64,000 nt of DNA from the human T2T-CHM13v2.0 reference genome, Homo sapiens. Below are positions 1-12,776 of this stretch, piece by piece. The notes beneath the pieces are model-generated. The model made no database searches and was not told where the DNA came from. It saw only the letters and a list, made by a program, of their open reading frames with translations. The first letter of the stretch is position 1. Each line of letters begins with the position of its first letter. The translations under genes and the position numbers were made by a program. The stretch is from assembly GCF_009914755.1 (NCBI RefSeq), contig NC_060941.1; one strand, written 5' to 3'.

Positions 1-166
1 CTCCCAAGCAGCTGGGATTACAGGCGCACACCACCACACCCAGCTAATTTATTTTTAGTAGAGACGGTTTCACCATGTTGGCCAGGCTGGTCTCAAACTC
101 CTGACCTCAAGTGATCCACCCGCCTCAGCCTCCCCAAGTGCAGGAATTGAGCCACCACACCGAGCC
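1..166 (-). mobile_element. Alu (partial, runs off the window)
   Basis: gctgggattacaggcgcac...ctcaaactcctgacctcaagtgatcc. Confidence 0.9.
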
Positions 167-306
167 TCTGCTCAGTTTTTCTTTTTAAAACTTCTTATTT
201 TTTAAGCCTAGCTTCATAGGGGCCACCCTTGTGCCTAATGGTCAGCCAATGCTTTAGGCAGATGTATCTTGAGCCAGCAAGGCATCTATCTTCTGCTGAT
301 AAGTTG

Positions 307-339
307 GTGTGTGTGTGTGTGTGTATGCACGCGCGCGTG
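307..339. repeat. (GT)n microsatellite running into a (CG)n alternating tract
   Basis: gtgtgtgtgtgtgtgtgtatgcacgcgcgcgtg. Confidence 0.85.
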
Positions 340-2916
340 GGGGCTACATATTAAAACATTTCAGCAGTTTTGAAATCTGCCCTGGCTTTTACTTTCTACT
401 GGGCCCTCTGGCATTTCCTCTTCATGTGCCCACAGGTTCTATCAGCTAGGGCTGTGTGACTAGCTTGGGCCTTCTCTGATCTCTCCTGTGTGGATGTGCG
501 GGGAGCTTATCAAGCCCCTGGTGGCTGTATCATTTCCTGCTTCTGTTAAAGCTCTAGCTAGGCTGCTGGTCTATTGCTTGAGCCAAGCTGAGCCACTGGT
601 CTTCCCTGGATGTTTGCTGCTGAGTTACTGCTGTTACTGACAATGCCAGTGGGCATGGAGTATTTTTATCCAGACTTCAGCATTACCCATGATCCCAGAT
701 GAAAATCTGCCTAGAGCTGGAAGGGATCTTAGGGATCTTCTCGTTCCACACTCTACTTTCACATCCCAGGGAAGGCAGGACTCCAGAACACCCTTGAGCT
801 GCTCAAGGCCTGCCCTAAGTGAGGGCAGCCAGGCTTAGAGATCGGCCTTCAGGCTCAGCTGCACAGCCCCTCAGTGGCACTTCCGCTTAGTGTCCATGTC
901 ACCCAACACGTAGAGACAATCCCTAGACCCTGCCCTCGCCAGGGGACGGTTCTCCACCAATACCCTATGAGGAAGGTGCCCCTGAGTGATGACAGGCGCC
1001 CAGTCTTGGGAGCAAAAGAGACAGGGCATGGAGAAACCTGACCTGCATTGAGGGTTTGCGGCTCATGCCCTGCACTTGATTCACATCAACTAATTTAATG
1101 TCATTTTTCAAAATGCCCCATTGAGGTCCACATTTCACAGATGAGGAGGCAGGAACTTGCTCAAGGACAAGAGTGAGGGGCTGGATACTGGAAATCAGCT
1201 CAGGCTTATTCTAAAGTCCCTGTTCTTGTAAGTGACTATGAAAGGAGCTATTTGCATGGACAGGAATGCTCTGTGAGCTTTTTCCTGCTGCAGAGCCTGG
1301 ACTTGTACAGTGGGTTCTGCCTCTTCCCACCCCCAGCCCTCCCTGATTACTCTAGAAGGCCAGTCATGACACAGAATGTTGGCAATCAGACTCAGCGCCA
1401 TCTGAGCTATTCTGTCCTGTCTCCGTGCGGTTCCTAGTGGGCTGAGCCCACTGTGTGGCTCCAAGTCTCAGGCTCCGTTATCATTCTGCCCTCCACCAAC
1501 CACAGGAAACCCCATGCTTTGGAAGATGTTGCTTATTACCAAGATACTGCATTTCTAAAGATGTCCTACCCCCATCACTTATTATCAACACCCATTAGAG
1601 CCACTGGCCAGCAGGAGGTGACCAGGACTGCACTTCCTGGGTAAAACTCCAGTCAACACAAAGACAACGGCATGGAAAGACTGCTGCCTGAGGCACAGCA
1701 GGATTCCTAGAGCACTGGAAATAGCCGATTGTTCCCCACTCCTGTGGGTGGCCCGGGCATACTATCCTGGGTGCCCCTCCAGCTTGGGGACTGCACACGA
1801 TTAAGCTGAGCTTGGACCCAGTTTTCTTGGCACTCAAGACTGTGCTCTTTTCATTCAATTGGCTGCTTTCGAAAGCTTTATACACAGCTTTCACGTGCCC
1901 ATAAACCACCAAAGGACAAACCCTTGCTCCTTGGCCTGGCATTTAAGGATCTTTATATCTGATGCCGGCTTGTTTTTTGGGAGTTCATTGTCTATTACTC
2001 CCCCAAGTGACTGCTCTACTCCCCTTCAACCTTCCCAGTGCCCCCCAAATAACTTTGTAAATCCCAGTGCCCCGGCCTGGAATGCCCTGGCTTCCACCCT
2101 GCCGCAGCTGGTAGCCTCTCTCTGCCAATAAGCTTCATTTGTCCATACCACTCCCTCTGGCCCATGGTGCTTTCTGCCTCACCATGTGGAACAGGGCAGG
2201 CCCAGGTGTTACCCTTCTTGTGCCCAGGGCCTGAGGAGCCAGTGGTTTGAAGGAAGGTTTGCCTTTCAGCTCAGTGCCTCCCTACAGGCCTTTCCCTGCT
2301 GCCCTGCACCGAGCCCTGTTTACTAGGGGTGAACAGCCCTCCCTATGGTCCTTAGGCATTTGCGTTCATCGCTGTGTTATTGTTCAGCCGGGGAAAGAGA
2401 GGTGGGCCTAGATCTGGATCCTAGAACCCTCACTGTGCAGTCTTTTCCTTACTACCCCAAAGTAAGACCAATGGGGATTTATTATTTCCTTTTGTTGAAA
2501 AGAGGAGTGAAGGAAGTGTGGCGCCCCAGCAGAAGAAACTGTATCGGGCAAGCTCCCAGAGGCAGCAGCGGAATCCTGCCTCAGAACCACCAACAGGTGC
2601 TGGCTGAGTGCTTACACCTGTGGCCTGTCTTCAGCTGCCTGCTTAGGGAGGAGGGAAGAAGGAAGAAGAGGCCCAGGCCGCCACGCAGACCGGGCTTCCT
2701 TGCCTGTGAAGAGCAGCAGTGGGAGGCAAACAGTAGCAATCTTCCCCCTGGATCCTTTATCCTGTATCTCCCTTCTGACTCCCCTTTCTGGAACATCTGG
2801 CTCAGGGTGAATCAAATTGATATTTTCTTAACACTCTATTTCATTTTAGAAAAAGCAACCCTTTGCTTTGCAATATATCCCAAAGAGAGAGACAGATACA
2901 ACATTGAGTTTAATAA

Positions 2917-3311
<395 letters not shown>

Positions 3312-3993
3312 CATAGAAAGTTTTTTTAGAGAGAGAAACTGAGGCAGAGGGTTGACGGCATGGAATCATGAGCTTCCTGCCCCGAGTGCCTTTTTGTGCC
3401 CAGAGTTAAAAATCCATGAATAGCTAAAGAAAGAAAATCTAAAACCTTCCTCTCAAATCTCTAACAAGGGCCATGCGGCCCCAGTGTTTACACTGAGTTA
3501 TCAGAGCACTCTCAACTTCCTGTATGCTGAGAAGGGACTTCTGAGGAGGACAGTGGGCTCTGGGCTTCCAAGGCCTGGAGCTGTTATCCTCACTAAACAG
3601 CTGTGGTCTTTCTTGTCCCTGCTCTAAAGACATTCTCTTTTGGAGGGGACATTCCTGCCAGGACTCCCATCCAGCTCTCAGCAGGAAGAAGTTTCCCATC
3701 CTGAAAAACTCAACAGAAACTAAAAAACTGACCCTCTGCTACGGGGTTCCCGAGCATTTGTAGCCTTTCAGAGTTTGACCTTGATTCAGCGGATAAGACA
3801 GGGCTGGCCAAGGCCAGCTTTTTACTGCCTACCCATCATCTTTATGCAAGTTCAGGAGACAAAGGGCTTTAGGTGTTACAGGGCCATGGAGGGGCTTGCC
3901 CCACACTGAGCCCCTGCTGAAAGCAGAACAAGAAATGAGGTGGCTGGGCATGGATTGAAATGACAAACTGTAACTCTTCTACAAATGTAGAGG

Positions 3994-3999
3994 TTTATT
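3994..3999 (-). terminator. Distal polyadenylation signal AATAAA
   Basis: tttatt on + strand; followed on - strand by GU/U-rich gttacagtttgtcattt. Confidence 0.75.
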
Positions 4000-4455
4000 T
4001 CAACAAAATGTGTAAAGAGTGCATCTGAAGCTCCTGCTCATCACAGTATGTGTCCATCAAATTCTGAGACAAGTGAAGGCTGTTTTGTGAACGAAGAGAA
4101 CAGATAATATGGCGGTCTCCGTCCAAGCAGGTCTTGGTCAATATCCATCATTTATACTCCTCCTGCCTTAGTAGCCTTGCATGTTTGAGGGGCTGTGGGA
4201 ATGTCAGATTGCTCATGTTCTGTGCCTCCAACTTGAAAAAATCCTTGTCCAGGGTAAGACCTACAGTAAGGAGCTCTGGGGATGGGGGAGGAGGCATTAC
4301 AGGGTTCTAGAGAGGAAACATACTCGTTTGTGTCATAATTTGGTGGGGAGAGGGGAGGTAAATGAGTGTAACCCACCCTGCCTCTGAAGACATGCCTGGA
4401 CAGGCCTCCTGGGGGGTGCAGGACTTCATACCACTTGTAGATATGTGGGATTTGA

Positions 4456-4461
4456 TTTATT
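4456..4461 (-). terminator. Proximal candidate polyadenylation signal AATAAA
   Basis: tttatt on + strand inside the 3'UTR. Confidence 0.5.
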
Positions 4462-6294
4462 GCAAAAAAGCATAGAAGAATAATCTGGTCAAAAATGAAT
4501 CCAATTCTTACTAGGTAAGCAAATAGCCAGCAATGGTCAATGCATTTTCCTGGACTGAGAATTGTCCCCCACCACTTTATGCCCTTTTCTGAAGGTGCTG
4601 AACACCTGTACCTTCCACCAGGGCAGCCGGGCTGAGGCTCTGACTCCTGGGGGCTGTCCGCTCCATACCCAGCCATACAGTGCCCACCTGCAACCCAGAA
4701 CCATTGAAAAGTCCAGCCAATCTATCCGCACAGATTCCTCCTGAAGAAGGGGAGGTGGAGCTCGTTCTTGTGTGCAAACTACAGGGTTAAGGCTCAGAAC
4801 TGTGGCTTGTCCAAGAACGTTCATACCACTGCTTCTCAAATGTCTTAGTGATTTCCTCCTTGGTCATCAGTGACAAATGCAGTTAGCTGCACTAAAGGAA
4901 CCGGATGCTACACCAGCCCTGATCACCTGCCACTCTTGCTTTAGGAACAGAGGAATCAGTAAGTTCTTTTCTTGAATAAACTAGTTGTTGAAAGTAAACT
5001 CTCTCCACCACCTGAGGAAGCCCCTGATGCCAGTCAGGAGGGGCCAGTAAGCCTGGAGGACAGCAGCACCATGACTGAGTTGTAAATAATCTTAAGGTCA
5101 TGTGGATTCTGTGTTTCCTGGAAGCCTCCCTCATCAGGAAGGCCAGCTCCTGGTGCTGAGGGTGTAGCTGTCACCAGGGTCCTTTCAGAGCTGTGGGGAG
5201 ACCTGCTGCCTGTCTACACTCTGGGGAAGAGAGTAGAACCGTTAGCTGCTAGGACAGTAATCCTGGAACTAGGGAAGAGTGAGTGTGGAGGCACCATTAA
5301 CCTCTCAAAACCATCCAAGCTCCAGGCTTCATAGGAACAACTTTCCAAGTCCTCAAAACAGACTATCTATCTATCTCACTGGCTCTCCACATGGCATAAA
5401 TAACTAGTTTCCACCAGTGCAGAAAGGGCAGTTCTCTTCTGGCTCCTCCTCTGCCAACTCAGGCTTCACCACCTGTGGAACTGCTGGGGCCCCTCAAGCA
5501 CTGGCCTTGCAGCTCCCAGCCACATGCGACAGCTAGTCCAGCAGTGACGTGCAGGCGAGAGGCAGGCCAACAACTACCTTTCCCTTTGTCCTCAGAGACT
5601 GAACCCAAGGTTGAGGTCCCCTAAATCAAGAATAACTGGTTCTATTTTCTTTCTCTGCTTCTTGGCTCACAGTTTTGCCCTCATCTTTGAGTTCCTATGG
5701 AGCTTGTAGTAGATTTTATGCTCTAATTTTTCTTCATAAAAGGTACCGTAGTGTGGTTAAACTGGGAATCATTCCTCTCCAGTGCCTACTGTGTGCTGGG
5801 CTAAGAGTCGGGGTAATAAACAATGGACTTGAGGCTTCCTCCTCTCCTTAGCCCTCCTCTGCTGCCTGTGGCTGCGGCTCATGGGGCCAGGAGTGAGGGG
5901 GGCTGCTCACTGCTGGGCAACTCCTCACGCTTCCCCATGCTGGGAGGCCAAGGGGCTGTCAGGACAGGAGGGGCAGCCCTACTTTGGTTAGTAAGACCTC
6001 ATGGTACATGTTTGTACCTTTCATTGCCTTCTCAGTCCTGTGCAGGGAGTGGAGGACTAGGCCTGGCCAGGGTAATAAATACTGAATGGGGTAGGTGTGA
6101 CTGGTGGGCTGGAGGGGGATTCTGTGATCTTACATCCCAGGATGTCATGCATAACCTGAAACGAGAGGAAGTAAAATGCCATTTGACTCCAGTGCTGGGT
6201 CTCCTGTGCCTTCTCATTACAGTGGTTACAGTTGTAAAAGGCAGCTCTAGCCCTTTTCTCCAGAGACAGGGCAGGGACAGGCAGGAAGCTCTTC

Positions 6295-6418
6295 CTACGT
6301 GGAAGGGGAATCCATTGTGGAGAGGATCCGTATGACTTCTGCTCGCTGAGTGGGTGATATGTGCTGCGTCATATGGATGATGGAATCCATGGCAACCTCT
6401 GGATTGGCCTGGACCAAG
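6295..6418 (-). CDS. ACACA: ACACA terminal exon, coding part ([12 protein letters not shown]...STMDSPST*)
   Basis: ttccag|C TTG; TAG stop at 6297-6295; matches the ACC1 C-terminus. Confidence 0.96.
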
Positions 6419-6699
6419 CTGGAAAGGAAGATTGAGAATGGTGAAGAAAAGAGAAGCAGAAGTGTCTAGATGAGGACAGCTAAAGAACTGCCCAATAAAC
6501 ATGTGTGCACCGTCCACTGCAGACATTTTAGTCACGCCTCACCTTATTTGTTTCCCTATATTACAAATATCCAGCCAAGGTAGTGCAAGACAAACCCAAA
6601 ACATTTTGCTATGTTGAAAAAGGAATTAAACCCAAAACAAAACCCAAAAAAAACCCAAAACATGCCAATGGGGGCATGTCACAAAGACAGCAATTGGGG

Positions 6700-7490
6700 C
6701 ATCAAAAGCAGCCCAGCAATGAATTATAAATCAGTAAAAAATAGAACTTCATGAGTCTGTACCAATAATGTATATATAAAAGAATCGGCAGGAGTGAGGA
6801 CTGAGTGGTGACTGGTAATTGTGGAGGGTGTGCTGGAGTTGGAAAGTTATCATTTTGCAAGCTCATCGTAAAGACTGCACCAGAGGGAAATTTTGATGAA
6901 AGCAAGATACTTGCATGGCCTTAAAATGTCTTCCTGCAGACTACTTATTAGGTGCAAGGGGGGAAAATCAGTAATTATACGGTAGAGAAATGGAGCAACA
7001 TCTTGACCAGCGGATGAAATTAACACGAGGAGGAGCAGATAAACAGCATGTGCCCCCAGATGTGGTGCCCTGTGAAGGTTCTGGCCAGAGTGCCTCACCT
7101 GCATCTCATCATGGGGAGACATCAGACAAACTCAAAATGAGCAATGTTCTACAGATGGTAGATATCAGATAAAAGTTTTTAATCAATGTTAAATTTACAA
7201 AAGTGGATCATTTTATGATGGTTATGTAAAAGTATCCCTATTCTCAGCAAATGCACACTGAAATATTTGGGGGTAAAGGCCATGATATATGTAACACCCT
7301 TAAGTAGTTCAGAAAGAGGAAAAATGTATACACATATGGGAGGGCAGGCACACTCATAAGTGATATAGCAACGGGGAGAAAATGTAACAGGTAAATCTGA
7401 GTACAGATATTATATATAGGGGTGTTCTTTGTACTGTTTTTAATTTTATAACTTTTCTGTAAGTGAAATGTTTCCAAATAAACTTTTACA
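6700..7490 (+). mobile_element. Old L1 (L1MC/ME-like) 3' fragments
   Basis: Resembles L1MC 3'UTR segments (attctcagcaaatgcacactgaaatatttgggggtaaagg...); boundaries approximate. Confidence 0.55.
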
Positions 7491-7916
7491 AAAATGCCCC
7501 TGCAGTCTCTACCACCGATCCTATGGAGCAGACTGAAGCCTCTAGAAGAATACAGCTAACTCTTGGCTTCAGGAGGTGAGGAGGTGGTTTCCCAGGAAAC
7601 CACCACACACACAATCAGCTTTCCTCCCAGAGTTGTTCATCCGGTTTGAGTATCAGCATTCAGAGCTAAGAGGTGGGCACAGTGAATTAAGCCTTCATCT
7701 AGCTGAGATTACTAAGTGCCCCTGGGGAGCAGTAGCTGAAAAAGAATTGGGCTTCAGGCCATATCTGTACCTGTGGGTCAACTACAGCTGTCTCAAACAG
7801 CAAGAGACTGCAGAGATCATAAGATTTCTGCGATCATCTCATGATTTGTTTGGAAACTTTTTATTCCAAAGAAATTAGCCCTCCTTCTCTAGTGGAGTTC
7901 CCCACGTTGGTCTCAC

Positions 7917-8053
7917 CTGCGGATTTGCTTGAGGACGTAGTCTCTGCTGATGCATTTGATGTTTTCCTCTATTACCGAGTGAACACCATCCTCCTCTGTC
8001 AGCTGTTTCTCTAGCCACTCCGCCAGATCCTTATTATTGTCCCAAACATAAGC
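7917..8053 (-). CDS. ACACA: ACACA penultimate coding exon ([10 protein letters not shown]...VLKQIR), 137 nt, phase 0/2
   Basis: ttgcag|GCT, CGC AG|gtgag. Confidence 0.96.
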
Positions 8054-10560
8054 CTGCAAACAGATGACTCTTGGTCAAACACCAGGGGTCAGGCCAGGCC
8101 GGGACACCCTGACTATTCAGGATCTGGAGTGCTTGCTTACTCCAAAAGTGTGCTCCGTGTCCACGATTCTCCTTCACTGTCAGCATCGTGCAGGAGGAGG
8201 AAGTAGGCCTCGAGGCAGGAGCTGTGCCCCTTCTCCTTCTCTTCCTTTATGGACACAGGTGTACACCTGAAGTCTCCATGGGGCTCTCCCGAGCACTCTG
8301 GTGCTCATACCCTGACTCTGTCCTGTCAGACTCTAGGGACCCACCTATTTGACAAAGGCTAAGAGAATTCAATAACCTGACAGGTTTGAGAGAACCAGTT
8401 AAAAGCCCAAATTACTTAGTAAAATTGTGATTGAGAAGGCAAGGCTGTTTATTTGGTGTTTTGCTCTCAGAGGAGCTGAGACACAATGCCTAAAGTATAA
8501 GTCTCTAGCCTCAGTGAGGCCTGGCAGTCACTGGATGGATGAAGTCTCCTGAAATAGAGCCCACTGTCTTTTGATGAGGCACGGACGGGGAACTGATGGG
8601 AGGGAAGTCTTGTTGCCAGGGTACAGCCACCAGGTCAGAAACCTAAGCCCCATTTTATTACCTATGAGAGTATTCGAAAGGATCAAGACGTCCATAACCC
8701 TGAAAGTCTCAACAAACCACCTCTCACCTCCTTTTCAAGATCATTTAGCTGAGTATTTCCTAGGTGGTTGACTACATAATAATTCAGGAGTGTGTTAGAA
8801 GCCTAATAGCCTTCTCCTTGCTCTCTTCTCCTCTCATTTTCTTTACAAATCATTTAGGAATCGTTTTGTTAATGGTTTCCGGAAAACCAAGTACCACAAT
8901 TAGGGCTCATTCATATTTATGTCATTTTGTTTGGGTAATTAAACACAAAGCTTGTCATTTAAAGGTGCGCTATCCTTCTCTGTTATCACTAACGAAGTCA
9001 AAGTCAGAATGACAATGAGTTTGGTGCTATAATTTAATAGGTGGGTGTGTTTGTTAGGGACTCTGAGGCTTTGAGGTTTGAGACGTGGCTACAGGAAGCC
9101 TGTATGCAAGCAAGGTCACCAAAGCCACAGCTGTGACTACTGGGCTGCAGAGGAAATGTCTTCATCACAAGAGGCCTCAAGCAGTACAAAACTGAGCACT
9201 AGGCTATTTTCTAACTATCTCGTGCCTTCAAATATAATGGTTTCTTTTCAGACTGTCACTTCCTGTCTCTAACTTAGCTGCCGACTTAGTTGTGACTGGT
9301 TATTTAATGTATGTCATTTCATCGACGTCTCTGTTTCTAAAAATTAACTCCTTTACATTGGAAAGATGAAGGCTTCCGGGGACTAAGGATCAGCAGTATG
9401 TCTCTTTTAGTTCTTTGTCCATTTCTTTTTCTGACTCAAATGTGCCCAGTTCTGTATCTAATCACTGATAAGCAGATCAGCAATTCTTCAGCTGGGGTGT
9501 GTGGCCCCGTCAGTGCAAACCTGAGTGACCCTCTCCTCTCTGTGCCTGGGTTAGGACTCCCAGCATCTCTCAAGGCCAAACTGCCTTGAGAAAGTGTTTT
9601 GCGCCTAAGGAAAGGAAGTGTCACATCAGCCCCTATCCACGAGGGAGAAGGTAGCACTGCTTTTCCCATAACATGGTTTTAACTCACTCTTGTGACCCAG
9701 CTTGCTGCACGCCCCACATATGGATGGGTCCCCCTGGACTCCTAAACGTCGCCACCTAAATTTCAACATTTCCATTTCCATCATTGGCAATTTACTCTTC
9801 TGCTCCGTGGTTTCAGGACTTCTACACATACCCCTACTTATGAAGATTGGGGTGGAGGGGAGGAAAAATAAAACAATAAATGCTTCTTGGATTTCAGAAT
9901 GGAAAAAAAAAAAACCCCAAGATTTTTAGATTTACCCAAGAATCCCAAAGCCTTTAGTTTAGGAGAATATTTAATACTCTTATTAATCATTTTTAATCCG
10001 TTTGCTTTTAATTAAGAAACAGCATGATGCTTTCCTATCAACATATGCCAGGGAGCAGATTAATTGTGGCTTAAGATAACTCTCCTTGATTGGTGTAATG
10101 TATTAGCTAACGAGATGCCTGCTTCCAACAATGCTCAGACACTACACTGGAAAGCCAGCTACCCTCTAGAGAAAACTCTTCTGCCTTCCCCTCCTGCAGC
10201 CACAGAGTATGCTAGGTGTTTAAACATTTCGAAAAGTTCCCAGACAGGATTAGGGCAACGCATTCCAAGTTTTACAGTTGCTTGAAAATATGGGTCCTAT
10301 AAAAAGATCTGCTGTTTACGCAAAGTACAACTGGATGACAATGACCGCCAAACCCCAGTGGATTACAGCCTAGAGTACATGAAGGAAAGGGGTCTCAAGT
10401 TCTAATCAACTGCATGTTTAGCAAAAATAAACAAACTTATGTAAGCATAGTGCCACTGGTTTTTCTCAACAGACCTGGGAGAGTTACCATACTGTTGTGG
10501 GATAATTTGCTCCACCTGGGAAAAGCAAGCTCCCTTCCACTGGGTTATGGAGTTTACAGG

Positions 10561-10882
<322 letters not shown>

Positions 10883-10984
10883 TAGAACAGTTGTAAGACT
10901 CAATTCCAGTCATCCAGAAGGATAGGCCAACCTTATTCCCAGGAAGAAGCCATTATTATTTCCCTCCTTAAAATTATGAAAATG

Positions 10985-11272
10985 GGCCTGGCACAGTGGC
11001 TCACGCCTGTTATCCCAGCAATTTGGGAGGCTGAGGCAGGGAATTGCTGGAGTCCAGGAGTTTCAGACCAGCCTGGGCAACATGGCAAAACCCCACCTCT
11101 ACAAAAAAATCAGCCAGGTGGGGTAGTGTATGCCTATAGTCCCAGCTACTTGGGAGGCTGAGGTGGGAGGGGAGGATCACATGAGCCCAGGAGGTTGAGG
11201 CTGAAAGTGAGTCATCATACCTACTCCAGCAGCCTGGGCAATAGAGTGAGACAAAAAAAAAAAAAAAGAAAA
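10985..11272 (+). mobile_element. Alu (J-type)
   Basis: ggcctggcacagtggctcacgcctg...A tail. Confidence 0.92.
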
Positions 11273-12481
11273 TGTGGCCAGTCATTCCTAGTATTCCAGC
11301 GTGGACTTTAAACAGGTGTGATATGCTAGGCTGCTAACATCATGACAGGCCTGGGCCCGTATGCCACCTGTCAGCATATCCATCTGTATCAGAACATTTT
11401 ATCAATAAAATATCAATAATTCTACATCACAACAGTGGCCTGTCCTAAAATGAATGTTCAACAGACACTTTCTGTCTGCATCAGTGGATAAGTATCTCAG
11501 GCACTAGTCAGCCTCACTAATTTTATGTAGTAATTAGTCTATCTCACAACATCTAAATGACCTGTTTGGAAAGTTTCATTTCTAACATACTGGATAGCTG
11601 TTAAGTCCTCCTTAGACAATGGTTCAGCAGGGCCAAGGAGTGACCAGGGCACAACCTGATGGATGTGAGCCCTGATTACTATACCCTACTAATAACTCAC
11701 CTTGGGAGCTGCTGGGAGACACCTCCAGCTAGGGAGGCTCCTCCCATTTCTGACCTTCTAGACTTCTGGGAAACACACAGCCTGATGGGTGTAGGGATGG
11801 CATACAAATCCTAAGGTACACTCATATTTTGGAAAGACATTTTCAATACACCTACACTTACAAGGCTAAGCCCTATCCAACAGAAGCCCAAGAAAGGATG
11901 TGATTTTTTTTTCCAAGGGCTTTAGAGTACAATAGCCAAAGGACATGTGGGCTAGGGTGGCCATCAGACCCCTGTGAACCAAGCTCCTGTGAGCCAATCC
12001 CATCTCAGCTCCAGGCCCATAGCAGGGCCAAGCAACACTTTCCAGGTTCTACCTTACCTCCTCCCTGCCTGGCCCTGTGTGAGAAGTTTGGTGTATGAGA
12101 CTTATTCATCAGTAGCCTGAGGCCAGGTTTTGAGGTCAGTGGAAATAAGTGACCCTGTCAATAGTGCTTTTTCCTATGGTCCTCACAGGGGCCTCTGTTG
12201 AGCATTCATTTCACTTGGAAATCCAGAATAAGAGCGAGTGGGTAGCTGTGTGAACAATAAGAATGCACCATGGCATCGGGTTGTGGGAACATGAGAGCAT
12301 GCCAAACCAAAGAGCGTCTGAGCACCCACTGTGCTCAGGAGTCAGCCCCCTTTCCGCCGAGGTCAATCAGCTGTACATTTTTGACTTGGTCTATGTTGCT
12401 ATTATTTTTTTACCTTCTAACATGGAGCAGGGGAAACTAGCATATTTTGAATGTCTACTGAGCCAGACATTGTGTTCCATA

Positions 12482-12776
12482 CTTTTTCTTTTTGGAGACA
12501 GGGTCTCACTCTGTTGCCCAGGCTGGGGTGCAGTGGCGCCATCATAGCTCACTATAACCTCAAATTCCTTGGCCCAAGCGATGCTCCTGCCTCAGCCCCC
12601 TGAGGAGCTAGGACTACATGTGTGTGCCACGACACCGAGCAAATTTTAAAATTTTTTGTGAAGACAGGGTCTTGCTTTGTTATCCAGGCTGGTCTCAAAC
12701 TCCTGGCCTCAAGCGATCCTCCCACTTCAGCTTCCCAAAGCACTGGGATTACAGGCGTGAGCCACCACATCTGACT
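12482..12776 (-). mobile_element. Alu (J-type) inserted next to or into a MIR
   Basis: Dimer; TSD tg(t/c)tccatacttt. Confidence 0.9.

Larger units (their letters stand above)
3975..6294 (-). other. ACACA: ACACA 3'UTR (~2.3 kb; 3' end approximate)
   Basis: Repeat-poor sequence from the stop codon to the distal AATAAA at 3999-3994. Confidence 0.8.

Noticed and set aside
1605-1623. CTCF-like tggccagcaggaggtgacc
   Set aside because: Two mismatches at core positions; not supportable without ChIP data.
6289-6297. Possible stop-codon readthrough
   Set aside because: Context is TAG GAA, not the UGA CUAG readthrough motif.
4152-6535. 170-aa-scale ORFs overlapping the 3'UTR and last exon
   Set aside because: Off-frame or antisense to ACACA with no homology; expected by chance.
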